Origin: Escherichia phage K1E
Length of the DNA: 44,246 nucleotides
Direction: 5' to 3' (one strand)
Sequence record: KY435490
The notes under the pieces were generated by a model. That model searched no databases, was not told the origin of the DNA, and worked only from the letters and a program-made list of their open reading frames with translations. The number at the start of each line of letters is the position of its first letter. The stretch's first letter is position 1. Position numbers and translations under genes: made by a program. Shown piece after piece: positions 27,622-36,051 of the stretch.

Positions 27622-28428
27622 TTAATATTCCGCGTCCTCATCCATCTCCGGTGCAGGAGTATCTTCTGCTTCAGGTACTTCCTGTGGAACAGACTCACCA
27701 GTATCCAGAGATTTACGATTAGCTGGGGTAGCATCTTCCTCGTCTTTCTTCTTAGCCTTCTTCCATTCAGGGTCTTCTTCACGAGCAGCTTTGATAATAG
27801 CTTCTACGTGAGAGCCAGCAACAGACAGGTTCTTACCACGAGGTGTCTCGTTCAGGAAGTATTGACGTACCAAGTTAGCTGGGATGTCATCAAGGATTTC
27901 TTTGGTCAGCTTGTCGAAGGTGATATGACCTGTCATAGACAGACCTTCCTCTTCTACCTGAGCCAGTACAAGCTTCTTCAACTTATCAGGCATACCGCCA
28001 AAGCCTTTCCAGTTAACATACTTGAAAGTACCATCATCATTCTTGTCGCCAGAGCCAACCATAGTTGCAGTCAGACATTCACCGATAAAATCATCGAAGC
28101 CACCCAGCAACTCTTTAGGGTCAACTGCATTCAGGAACTTAGTCAGTGTTGCCTTATCACCAGACTTCAGAGGCACAGCCATCCATTGTTCCATGCGAGA
28201 ATCATCTTCATTCTTATCGTCGTCGCCCATCAGGATAATCTTAACAAGAACAAAGTTTGCTGGCTTCTTAACTTCAGTGGTATTACCTTTCTTAAAGATA
28301 TCTTGGAAGGAACCAACATGAATGATGCCAGAGATTACTGCTTCATGATCACCAACTTCAGGGTTCTTAAATAATTTACCTTCAGCTTTAGTAACCTGAG
28401 CACCAAAATCAAAATCACCACGTGCCAT
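27622..28428 (-). CDS. Putative ssDNA-binding protein (T7 gp2.5-like role)
   Basis: 268 aa; acidic C-terminal tail ending in an aromatic residue (...DEDAEY); own promoter; assignment is by position and tail, not motif. Confidence 0.5.
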   Translation of the reverse strand: MARGDFDFGAQVTKAEGKLFKNPEVGDHEAVISGIIHVGSFQDIFKKGNTTEVKKPANFVLVKIILMGDDDKNEDDSRMEQWMAVPLKSGDKATLTKFLNAVDPKELLGGFDDFIGECLTATMVGSGDKNDDGTFKYVNWKGFGGMPDKLKKLVLAQVEEEGLSMTGHITFDKLTKEILDDIPANLVRQYFLNETPRGKNLSVAGSHVEAIIKAAREEDPEWKKAKKKDEEDATPANRKSLDTGESVPQEVPEAEDTPAPEMDEDAEY

Positions 28429-28489
28429 TTATTTAGTCTCCTATTGTTACACTACACAATCATAGGCCGAACTAAGCCGACCTATTGTT

Positions 28490-28507
28490 CTATAGTGTCC
28501 AGTAATT
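28490..28507 (-). promoter_or_regulatory. Phage RNAP promoter (AATTACTGGACACTATAG)
   Basis: Consensus match upstream of 27622..28428. Confidence 0.65.
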
Positions 28508-28805
28508 ACTTATGAACTACCTTAATACGTGCAATAGTATCGAGAGGGTAGACATAACTAACACATTCACCATCTTCAACCTCTTGTACATTTACACTAG
28601 CCATAGTGTCACAAAGTGAAAGGCTCAATTGATGACAAGTTTCACCTTGAGTAAACTCTGGACCACGATAGGCATCTGCTTGTTCCACAGTAGTGATTGC
28701 TGTATCGTCTTCTTTAGCCAGACGAGTGTGACCTGCAACTTTACGCTGCTCTAGATCACGAAAGATGATACCTACATGTTTAGCTTGAATCACTTCTTCC
28801 ATCAT
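28506..28805 (-). CDS. Hypothetical protein (99 aa)
   Basis: ORF only. Confidence 0.45.
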   Translation of the reverse strand: MMEEVIQAKHVGIIFRDLEQRKVAGHTRLAKEDDTAITTVEQADAYRGPEFTQGETCHQLSLSLCDTMASVNVQEVEDGECVSYVYPLDTIARIKVVHK

Positions 28806-28810
28806 AACCC

Positions 28811-29188
28811 TTATTTAGTCAAGTTGTCCAGTTCTATTTCCAGCATAACAATCTCTTTCTTCAGGCTGTCAGATGCAGCTTGATTTACAAGAGCAATTGA
28901 TGCCTTGTTCTCTTCAAATTCAGCTTTCAGGCTGTCACGCTCTTGCTGGTGACGTGCCAGCATATCTTCTACCTCTTTGACTTGACGTGCATTTAGTTCA
29001 TCACGAGATGCATAGTAGCGGTTATGGCAGTCAATCATTTGAGAACTACGATGTTCTTCAACTTTAACTTGCTCTGCCTGTACTGCTTCGATGCGAGCCT
29101 CAATAGCTTTGATAGCCTTGGACTTGAACTTATTAGCAAGACCACGAAAGTATTGAGCCACGAATACCAGAGTAGTTACCATAGACAT
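28811..29188 (-). CDS. Hypothetical coiled-coil protein (125 aa)
   Basis: RBS GGAGATATAAAT then ATG. Confidence 0.5.
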   Translation of the reverse strand: MSMVTTLVFVAQYFRGLANKFKSKAIKAIEARIEAVQAEQVKVEEHRSSQMIDCHNRYYASRDELNARQVKEVEDMLARHQQERDSLKAEFEENKASIALVNQAASDSLKKEIVMLEIELDNLTK

Positions 29189-29257
29189 ATTTATATCTCC
29201 TATATTTACTTAATTACCTATACTACCTTATAAACCTAGATTACCTAGGCTTTCCTT

Positions 29258-29275
29258 CTATAGTGTCCAGTAAAT
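29258..29275 (-). promoter_or_regulatory. Phage RNAP promoter (ATTTACTGGACACTATAG)
   Basis: Exact consensus. Confidence 0.7.
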
Positions 29276-29343
29276 CATGTTAGACAAAATAAGTAGGAAT
29301 AAGTTATTCATAAAGGCCACTCGTAAGTGACCTTGAGTATAAC

Positions 29344-29442
29344 TCAGTCGTAGTTACCATCACAATCTGGGTCAATGCCAGAGAAAGCCCAGAATACTAC
29401 CATAAATAATATGATCCCAAGAATGATAAAAGCAGTTTGCAT
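29344..29442 (-). CDS. Small hydrophobic peptide (32 aa)
   Basis: MQTAFIILGIILFMVVFWAFSGIDPDCDGNYD; GAGGAGGG RBS; start overlaps the upstream stop. Confidence 0.3.
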   Translation of the reverse strand: MQTAFIILGIILFMVVFWAFSGIDPDCDGNYD

Positions 29443-29558
29443 CAATCGTAACCCTCCTCTTCATCAGGTATATCTAATCGCATACTTCCATAGCAAGCAA
29501 GCATAAGGAATATAAGAAAGAAGATAGAGAATAGGCAAACAACATCAAACCTGTCCAT
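29442..29558 (-). CDS. Small hydrophobic peptide (38 aa) immediately after the DNA polymerase
   Basis: MDRFDVVCLFSIFFLIFLMLACYGSMRLDIPDEEEGYD; start overlaps the polymerase stop (TGATG). Confidence 0.3.
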   Translation of the reverse strand: MDRFDVVCLFSIFFLIFLMLACYGSMRLDIPDEEEGYD

Positions 29559-32104
29559 CAGTGTGTTTCCTTCCAGCTTGCACCAATCTTATACTCACCT
29601 GCCATCGGACAACGCATCTTCAAATAATGACCAGCCCAAGTCATTGCATCGGCAATGATATGCCCTGCACGGTGATAACGACGCTGGCAATGAAGTACAC
29701 CAGCATCAGCATCAACGCTAACGAGATTTGCAGCAGACCACATACGTCCTTCAGAATCCACATGAACACGTTTCTCCTCTGCATCGAACACTGCTTTCAC
29801 AGCAGCCTTCTCTGTTTCGAACCCTTCTAAGGTGAAAGGCAAGTCGTAGTTGAGATACAAGACCTCATCTTCAGGGACTTCCATCTGGATTTCATCGTGC
29901 ACGTTAGCTATACCGCAAGGGTTTCCCATGCTATCTAAGGCCACACCTTCCTTGCGCATCACTGCAAACGCTCTGACCAATGCGTATTTCATACACAGAG
30001 AACCAGTCATCTGGAGTAGTACGTTAAGCATAGTGTGCTCTTTAAGTTCACCACCAGACATACGGATGCGACCCCAATGACCATCAGGTGCTTGTAGGTA
30101 GCCAAACTTGTTACCTTGTGCGATAACATTCTCACGAAGGCGTGCAAGAGATGGTAGTTCAACCTCAAATCTTGCCACAACTTCCTCCATTTCTTCCTCA
30201 GTAACACCACATACTGCTGCAAGGTTAGCTATACCAGACCCATATAGGAAGGCATATATAAATGTCTTCGCCATGTCACGCTTAGGAAGACCAGCCTTCA
30301 TTTGATTATGGGTGTGAATGTCACCATGCAGTACAATATCTTGATATTCAGGGTCATTCATGAAGTGAGACAGTACACGTAGTTCAAGACCAGCACCATC
30401 ACAACCAAGGATTAGCTTACCTTTACCGGCTATGAATAAATCACGTAAAGGATACAAACCACGGGCAGGAATATTAACCACGTTACGATGACGCATACGG
30501 AACGTAGAAGTTCCAATACTAATAGCAATAGCTGGCACACGCCATTCTCCGTCATCCTTGTCTGACGTAGGCCAGCATCCGTACCTTTCGTAGTATTGCT
30601 GCGCATTGATTCCTAACTCCTTGTTAAATGCTACAGGTACAAGGCCGCGACACTTTCGTATACCAGCTTGCGAAGGCCACACCCCCTTCTGGTCGAAGGC
30701 TTCAACGTCACCACGGTTGAGGATCTGACCACGACGGGATACGAGTATGTACCATGCAGCGATACCCAAGCACCAATCAGGGACTGTTTTACCTTCACGT
30801 GCGGCTCTCTCTTGCCATAAAGTAAGGGACTTTTCATTTATCTTCCCACTCCAAGGCTTGGGTAATACGCCATGCTCATCGAGATGCGCTTGCTCGGTAT
30901 CGTTAAATTCAACACCTTTCCATCCATAATCATAGAGCACTTGCTTAACTGTATCCCTGTTACCCAAGGGAATCTCTTCGAAAGTAACAGGCGAGTAAGC
31001 GCCAATCCACTTGATGCTTGGCGTGTCATTACGGTTTCCTCTAAGGTGAGGAAAGTCTTTCTTGACGCTAGCCGACCAATCACCAGACTTAGTAGTGACA
31101 CTCCATACTGTCTTGCGATCTCCTCGTCTCTCTGCGTGAAGAAAGTGAGAGGGGTCAAGGACAGTAGGTATATTGTTGCTAGCTCCATACTCATTTGCGC
31201 GTTGGCATACTTCATTCTTTTCTTCCGGTTTAAAAGGTTTAGACTTGATACGCATAGGCATGTGCGGACGGAACGCTGCGACTGTCTCATCAATCTTAGC
31301 GTCCAATTCCTCGCATCGTGCTAATGCTTTATCTATATCCAGACGGAATCCACGCTCGGCCTGACGGCTCATCTCCAGCGCCACAATGGACTCCATGTGG
31401 AAGGCTGTCTCAATACCTAGGCCAGTGCGTTTATTCACGCCACGGCGTTTGTGCTCCGTCCATTCTCCGTTAAATAGCCAGAGGAATAGGTCACGGCCTA
31501 TCGCCACGTCCTCGCGTACACGATGTACCATGTGGTCAGTTAGTTTAGACCAATCCTCGTTCTCCGGCTTATAACGGCCTATACGAATGCCGTGCGCCTC
31601 AATTGAGTGAGGGGCTACGTTACCCATGCCTTTGGCGTATGCTTGCGGAGGGAGGCGTCTATCGGGGTTTAACAGGCGACTCATGACCAGCGTATCCATG
31701 ACGCGTACCGGACACAGGTCAGCGCGGAGTCTGCCCTTGCCGCGTCTCTCGGTATAGTTAAAGCCTTTCCAGATATCAGGGAATGCTTTCTCAAATAGAA
31801 GGCCGTCGTACCCTAGGAAGTTCTGCGACACAATAGCTTCACAGTGCTTCAGGAAGTTAACACCATCAACCAAGTCACCATCTTGATGACCTTCCCATTC
31901 CTTCAGGTGTTCTCTTGCTTCAGGGTCACGCATCTCATACGGGTCAAAGAAGAGAAACTCCTCGGTAGTAAGCAAGTCCATGCAGCAAATGATATGCACA
32001 TCTTCACGATGACCATAGCGGATAGCGTCAAGGAGTCCTTTAGCTTCCGCATCCATCACGAGGATACGGCCTTCTGCCTCCTTCTTCCAATCAACAGTCT
32101 TCAT
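29558..32104 (-). CDS. DNA polymerase (family A, T7 gp5-like)
   Basis: About 848 aa; ATG at 32104 after GGAGG. Confidence 0.93.
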   Translation of the reverse strand: MKTVDWKKEAEGRILVMDAEAKGLLDAIRYGHREDVHIICCMDLLTTEEFLFFDPYEMRDPEAREHLKEWEGHQDGDLVDGVNFLKHCEAIVSQNFLGYDGLLFEKAFPDIWKGFNYTERRGKGRLRADLCPVRVMDTLVMSRLLNPDRRLPPQAYAKGMGNVAPHSIEAHGIRIGRYKPENEDWSKLTDHMVHRVREDVAIGRDLFLWLFNGEWTEHKRRGVNKRTGLGIETAFHMESIVALEMSRQAERGFRLDIDKALARCEELDAKIDETVAAFRPHMPMRIKSKPFKPEEKNEVCQRANEYGASNNIPTVLDPSHFLHAERRGDRKTVWSVTTKSGDWSASVKKDFPHLRGNRNDTPSIKWIGAYSPVTFEEIPLGNRDTVKQVLYDYGWKGVEFNDTEQAHLDEHGVLPKPWSGKINEKSLTLWQERAAREGKTVPDWCLGIAAWYILVSRRGQILNRGDVEAFDQKGVWPSQAGIRKCRGLVPVAFNKELGINAQQYYERYGCWPTSDKDDGEWRVPAIAISIGTSTFRMRHRNVVNIPARGLYPLRDLFIAGKGKLILGCDGAGLELRVLSHFMNDPEYQDIVLHGDIHTHNQMKAGLPKRDMAKTFIYAFLYGSGIANLAAVCGVTEEEMEEVVARFEVELPSLARLRENVIAQGNKFGYLQAPDGHWGRIRMSGGELKEHTMLNVLLQMTGSLCMKYALVRAFAVMRKEGVALDSMGNPCGIANVHDEIQMEVPEDEVLYLNYDLPFTLEGFETEKAAVKAVFDAEEKRVHVDSEGRMWSAANLVSVDADAGVLHCQRRYHRAGHIIADAMTWAGHYLKMRCPMAGEYKIGASWKETH

Positions 32105-32198
32105 ACATTTCCTCCACCCAATAATAATCATCTGAATGTTCAGGTTTTGGATTCATTGAGTCATAGTGGTCCCAATCAGAATCATAATCACGTGACAT
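32091..32198 (-). CDS. Possible small acidic peptide (35 aa) overlapping the DNA polymerase start
   Basis: ATG after GGAGGTG; MSRDYDSDWDHYDSMNPKPEHSDDYYWVEEMYEDC. Confidence 0.25.
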   Translation of the reverse strand: MSRDYDSDWDHYDSMNPKPEHSDDYYWVEEMYEDC

Positions 32199-32228
32199 AA
32201 TGCACCTCCAATCAATATGATGAAAGGC

Positions 32229-32246
32229 TGTCTCACGTGTGAGACA
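32229..32246. repeat. Palindrome TGTCTCACGTGTGAGACA (copy 3)
   Basis: Intergenic, upstream of the DNA polymerase; flanked by AAAGG/CCTTT. Confidence 0.55.
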
Positions 32247-32275
32247 ACCCTTTACTTATCGACTGCGTGTTACAG

Positions 32276-32464
32276 TTAATCTCTGGCCCATGTATTTGCT
32301 TGGTGTGGCTCCCAAGTTGCCTCCTTGATAACCTGCTCACGTGTCAGACTATTCTTCTTTGCTTCAGCCATAGTTAACTGTGCAAACAGGAAGGCTTGGT
32401 TAGTGATGTGTGCTTGCAGGTCTTCGTGACCATCAAACATCTTAAGGCTGTGTTTATTCTGCAT
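32276..32464 (-). CDS. Hypothetical protein (62 aa)
   Basis: ORF only. Confidence 0.4.
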   Translation of the reverse strand: MQNKHSLKMFDGHEDLQAHITNQAFLFAQLTMAEAKKNSLTREQVIKEATWEPHQANTWARD

Positions 32465-32669
32465 GTTTCACCATAAAAGAACCAATAACTTCATGTTTAT
32501 TGCGGAATTGCGCTTCTGTGAAATTGCCAAAAAGTTGCAATTGGAAGTTAGCAGACATACCTGCACCTTTTATTGCAAGAGGCTTACAACTTACTTTTTT
32601 AACACCATTTGGTGCTACAATAGCATAAGCCTTAAGACCTCGTTGTTTATAAATTAGAACTTTAGTCAT
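32454..32669 (-). CDS. Hypothetical protein (71 aa)
   Basis: ORF only. Confidence 0.4.
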   Translation of the reverse strand: MTKVLIYKQRGLKAYAIVAPNGVKKVSCKPLAIKGAGMSANFQLQLFGNFTEAQFRNKHEVIGSFMVKHAE

Positions 32670-32679
32670 GATTAACTCC

Positions 32680-32889
32680 TTAAATATTCACGTAGGTTTC
32701 TTCAGTAACAATAGGGAGATACAGTAATTCTTCACCATTCAAGAGGTGAAGACCTTTCAACCCTTGCTTACGGATAATACCTTCTATAGTGTCGGCAAAA
32801 TGCTTATTAGCTACACGTCGTGGTGTACCGTGTTCTGTGATTGCATGGTCAACATCCATGATTCGCACAGGTACATTTGGGTGCATCAT
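32680..32889 (-). CDS. Hypothetical protein (69 aa)
   Basis: ORF only. Confidence 0.4.
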   Translation of the reverse strand: MMHPNVPVRIMDVDHAITEHGTPRRVANKHFADTIEGIIRKQGLKGLHLLNGEELLYLPIVTEETYVNI

Positions 32890-33368
32890 GCTTCACCAAT
32901 CTTCACCATAGCTTGTCCTGTGGATTTACCAAGAGCACGAGTGTTAAACTGCGTAACACCTAGTGCAGTGCCACATTGCTTAATCATTTCACTTTGAGTC
33001 TTACCAGTGATTACATTGCGGCGATCTTTATTAAGTGTAGTTTTACCTTTGCCATATGCCTCTGCTAAGGTTTGAATGCCAGCACCATAGCGAAGAGGGT
33101 ATAATAGCATTTTATGCATCTGGCGGGCACACTTATCGCAAATCTCATCGTGTACGCACTTACATTGATTGCTTACCTCTCCAATCTTCTCAAGGTAGTT
33201 ATGTGCTGATTCCTTTTGATAAGCCTGTCTAATACCATTACTGTACTCTACATAGTAGCTGTTTTCACTTACATTAGTCACAGTACCACGGCAACGATAT
33301 CTACGTGAGGTTGCATTGATGTTACGAACATAATCACCTGCATTCAATACTAATTTATACATAATCAA
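32886..33368 (-). CDS. Hypothetical Cys-rich (zinc-binding?) protein (160 aa)
   Basis: CKCVHDEICDKCARQMHK cluster. Confidence 0.55.
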   Translation of the reverse strand: MIMYKLVLNAGDYVRNINATSRRYRCRGTVTNVSENSYYVEYSNGIRQAYQKESAHNYLEKIGEVSNQCKCVHDEICDKCARQMHKMLLYPLRYGAGIQTLAEAYGKGKTTLNKDRRNVITGKTQSEMIKQCGTALGVTQFNTRALGKSTGQAMVKIGEA

Positions 33369-33400
33369 TCTCCAGTTATTTAATGTACTTAATAAGAGCC

Positions 33401-33418
33401 TGTCTCACATGTGAGACA
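33401..33418. repeat. Palindrome TGTCTCACATGTGAGACA (copy 4)
   Basis: Same 24-mer (CCTGTCTCACATGTGAGACAAGCC) as copy 1. Confidence 0.6.
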
Positions 33419-33434
33419 AGCCCTGATAAATACA

Positions 33435-33596
33435 CTAGATAAGGCGTGTTACAATAAAGAACATTGACATAAGAAAACCAGATGCAACGATAAGTTTCAC
33501 CGCTTTCTTGAATCCATATCGTGCAGCATAATCTGCGATCACAAGCATGAATAGGATCTCAATACCGATATTCAATACTGGTTTAATAATTTCCAT
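33435..33596 (-). CDS. Small membrane protein (53 aa) after the primase/helicase
   Basis: MEIIKPVLNIGIEILFMLVIADYAARYGFKKAVKLIVASGFLMSMFFIVTRLI; start overlaps the upstream stop (TAATG). Confidence 0.3.
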   Translation of the reverse strand: MEIIKPVLNIGIEILFMLVIADYAARYGFKKAVKLIVASGFLMSMFFIVTRLI

Positions 33597-35584
33597 TAAA
33601 ACTCCTGTTCATCTTCAAAGTTTGTCTCTTCTATAGTGTCCGGTAAATCAGGCACCTCTTGCTGCCTTGCTTCACCTGTATCAAATGACTTAGTACGGGC
33701 TTGTGGTTCCATCAAACGTCCGGTCTGAATGTCACCTTTAAGCATGACCTTGGTTCCAGTGTAGATACCTTGATCGCGGTCTTTGACACACGAGATGTAC
33801 GTGGTAGTCCTTTCATCAAGCGTTTCAGCTCTTGTATTACGCTCAATCCCCAAGGCGTAAGATGCCCAGAATCCGATAGCGCCTGAGCCTCGGAAGTCAG
33901 AAAGGATAACTTCGCCACCTTCTTCGTGTTGGGTACGGTTTGCCGGAGGACGTGTAAGGTGAGAGACAAGGAAAATCGTAACCGCATGTCGGTCTTTGAT
34001 AGTACCAATTCGTTTGACGCATTCATCAAGTGCACCAACCTTCCCACCAAAAGCACGCTCATCTAATTTAATCCCCGTTAAGTTATCAATGATGATATTA
34101 GAAATGCCCATAGCCTCAAACTCTAGGCAAGTTTGCTCTACCTTCTCCATAGAATAATCGCCTTCTAGGTCAGCCACAAATAGCTTTCCTGTATCAGCTA
34201 CATAATCAATGGCAGCGTTAGCTTCTTCCTCGGTGTAGTCGAACACCTCACGGTATCCGTCTTCTTTCGGGTCGTTGGTTGGCGGTAACTCAATACGCTT
34301 ATCAATCCACTTGCCGATAAAAGCACGGGACACCTTGACCATTGGGTCTTCTGTAGAAATGATGCCTACAGATTCACCGTGTTCTTCAATGAGATGTTTA
34401 ACCACTTCGCGGAGGAACTCAGTCTTACCTACACCAGAACCTGCACCTACAATGATAAGCTGGTTCTTACGAATACCTAGCGTTACCTTGTTCAGCTTAG
34501 GCCAAGGCCATGATAGTCCTTGCTCTGGACGTGCAGCCTTGAGCTTATCCCTTTGAGATGCGATAGATTTAATCTGGCTACCAAAGACTTCATCAGATGA
34601 CTTGGCATTAAACCAAGCATCAACAAACTCTTTAGCCTTGCCAGCCATCAATGCCTTGTTAGCATCTTTGCAACCAGAAGGGTATTCAAGGATATAGGAT
34701 TTGCCAGGAAACAGGCGAGCCGCTTGCTGATTCTGCTTCTGCCCCACCTCGTCGCCATCAAAACCCCATATAATCTTCTTAAATTGGGCGATGTGTTCAC
34801 GGTTCTGTACTATCTCTTCAAGGCAAGACTCACCTTTATTGACAGACCATACATGGTAAGGCTGGCCTTCCCACTTAGTACCCTTGGCAGAATCAAGGAG
34901 CATTTGCTGTGCTGCTAGTGCATCAAGTTCACCACCTACAATAAGCAAGCAATCCTTTCGTCTTCCCTTGTCTAACACGTGAGACAAAGTATTCATACCG
35001 AAAAGATCTTGCATACCAAAGAGTTTACCTAAATGACCAAACTTAAAGTCTTTAGGTAATGTGCGACACTTAGCGCCTACTAGCTCACCTTTCTCGAAGC
35101 GTGGATAGTAATGCCGTGAGACTCTACCATCTTCATCGTGTCCGACACGTACATCATACAATGCGCAAATGTCGCCGCGAATGTGTCGGGAAACAAGATT
35201 CTTACGCTTAAGCGTGAGGAACCATTCAACATCAAGTTTCCACTCTGTTTCTTGGTCTGCCCTTTCTTGCTCATTCATGACCTCCCAACGGTCTTTCATA
35301 CGCATACCACCAAGTGCGATGGCGCGTAGCTTAGGGTCGCTAATCTTCCCTTCCTTCTCCATCTCTTTAAACTGAGAAGGTGTATATTTGATATTGCCAG
35401 TAATAGGTAATTCGGTTATCTCGATGCCACCCTCTGGCTTATGGTAATAAGGCTTGCCGTTATCATGGAAGTGACCACGGTTACAGTAACCAGCGCCATC
35501 CTCAAATATCATAAGATGGTTGCCAGTAATATCATGTCCATTCTTTTGACAGGCAGGACACGGTACATTCTGAATAATAGCCAT
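33596..35584 (-). CDS. DNA primase/helicase (T7 gp4-like)
   Basis: N-terminal Cys/His zinc motif (CPACQ...CNRGH); Walker A GAGSGVGKTEF; acidic C-terminal tail ending ...EDEQEF. Confidence 0.9.
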   Translation of the reverse strand: MAIIQNVPCPACQKNGHDITGNHLMIFEDGAGYCNRGHFHDNGKPYYHKPEGGIEITELPITGNIKYTPSQFKEMEKEGKISDPKLRAIALGGMRMKDRWEVMNEQERADQETEWKLDVEWFLTLKRKNLVSRHIRGDICALYDVRVGHDEDGRVSRHYYPRFEKGELVGAKCRTLPKDFKFGHLGKLFGMQDLFGMNTLSHVLDKGRRKDCLLIVGGELDALAAQQMLLDSAKGTKWEGQPYHVWSVNKGESCLEEIVQNREHIAQFKKIIWGFDGDEVGQKQNQQAARLFPGKSYILEYPSGCKDANKALMAGKAKEFVDAWFNAKSSDEVFGSQIKSIASQRDKLKAARPEQGLSWPWPKLNKVTLGIRKNQLIIVGAGSGVGKTEFLREVVKHLIEEHGESVGIISTEDPMVKVSRAFIGKWIDKRIELPPTNDPKEDGYREVFDYTEEEANAAIDYVADTGKLFVADLEGDYSMEKVEQTCLEFEAMGISNIIIDNLTGIKLDERAFGGKVGALDECVKRIGTIKDRHAVTIFLVSHLTRPPANRTQHEEGGEVILSDFRGSGAIGFWASYALGIERNTRAETLDERTTTYISCVKDRDQGIYTGTKVMLKGDIQTGRLMEPQARTKSFDTGEARQQEVPDLPDTIEETNFEDEQEF
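33631..33648 (-). promoter_or_regulatory. Phage RNAP promoter (ATTTACCGGACACTATAG) inside the 3' end of the primase/helicase gene
   Basis: Exact consensus. Confidence 0.65.
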
Positions 35585-35587
35585 AAC

Positions 35588-35716
35588 TTAGAACTCCCAC
35601 GCAGCGCGTTTAGATGCACGGTCACGGACAGGTTTATTCAGCTTCTTGCCTTTCGTCTGCCCTTCTTCCATGTCAAAACGGTTAGCTTTACGGGTCATCT
35701 TCTCAAAGTTACGCAT
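35588..35716 (-). CDS. T7 gp1.1-like small basic protein (42 aa)
   Basis: MRNFEKMTRKANRFDMEEGQTKGKKLNKPVRDRASKRAAWEF resembles T7 gp1.1; GGAG RBS. Confidence 0.6.
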   Translation of the reverse strand: MRNFEKMTRKANRFDMEEGQTKGKKLNKPVRDRASKRAAWEF

Positions 35717-35747
35717 GGTTAAAATCTCCAAAGTGAGTTAGTCTTAT

Positions 35748-35765
35748 CTATACTGTCCGGTAAAT
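35748..35765 (-). promoter_or_regulatory. Phage RNAP promoter (ATTTACCGGACAGTATAG), one mismatch
   Basis: Second of two tandem promoters after the RNAP gene. Confidence 0.6.
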
Positions 35766-35770
35766 ACGAA

Positions 35771-35786
35771 GTCTCACATGTGAGAC
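35771..35786. repeat. Palindrome GTCTCACATGTGAGAC (copy 5)
   Basis: Abuts the upstream edge of promoter 35748..35765. Confidence 0.6.
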
Positions 35787-35941
35787 AACCTAGGTCTGCC
35801 CTTCCTCTAAGTGGTAATAAGAGGAAGGAAGAAGGTAATAGGTATTCCTAGGTATTCCTAGATAACCTATATAACCTTTAATACCTATTACTTCCTTTAT
35901 ATCCTTTATCTTCCCTTTCTTTCCCGTCTCCGACGGCTATC

Positions 35942-35959
35942 CTATAGTGTCCGGTAAAT
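35942..35959 (-). promoter_or_regulatory. Phage RNAP promoter (ATTTACCGGACACTATAG)
   Basis: Exact consensus; first promoter after the RNAP gene. Confidence 0.7.
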
Positions 35960-35961
35960 AA

Positions 35962-35977
35962 GTCTCACATGTGAGAC
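35962..35977. repeat. Palindrome GTCTCACATGTGAGAC (copy 6)
   Basis: Abuts the upstream edge of promoter 35942..35959. Confidence 0.6.
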
Positions 35978-36010
35978 ACTTTTATGTTAATTAAATGTTA
36001 CAGGTAGTAG

Positions 36011-36044
36011 GTAAAGAAAAAGGCCACTCCCTAAGGAATGGCCT
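36011..36044 (-). terminator. Intrinsic terminator after the RNAP gene
   Basis: Coding-strand AGGCCATTCC-ttag-GGAGTGGCCT followed by TTTTTCTTTAC. Confidence 0.6.
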
Positions 36045-36051
36045 ATTAATA

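Noticed and set aside
27424-28374. 316-aa plus-strand ORF
   Set aside because: Entirely antisense to the SSB-like gene in a genome that is otherwise minus-strand coded; low-complexity translation with no recognisable motifs.
32784-32801. Promoter-like ATTTTGCCGACACTATAG inside CDS 32680..32889
   Set aside because: Mismatches in the -9 to -12 region compared with every other copy; likely a chance partial match.
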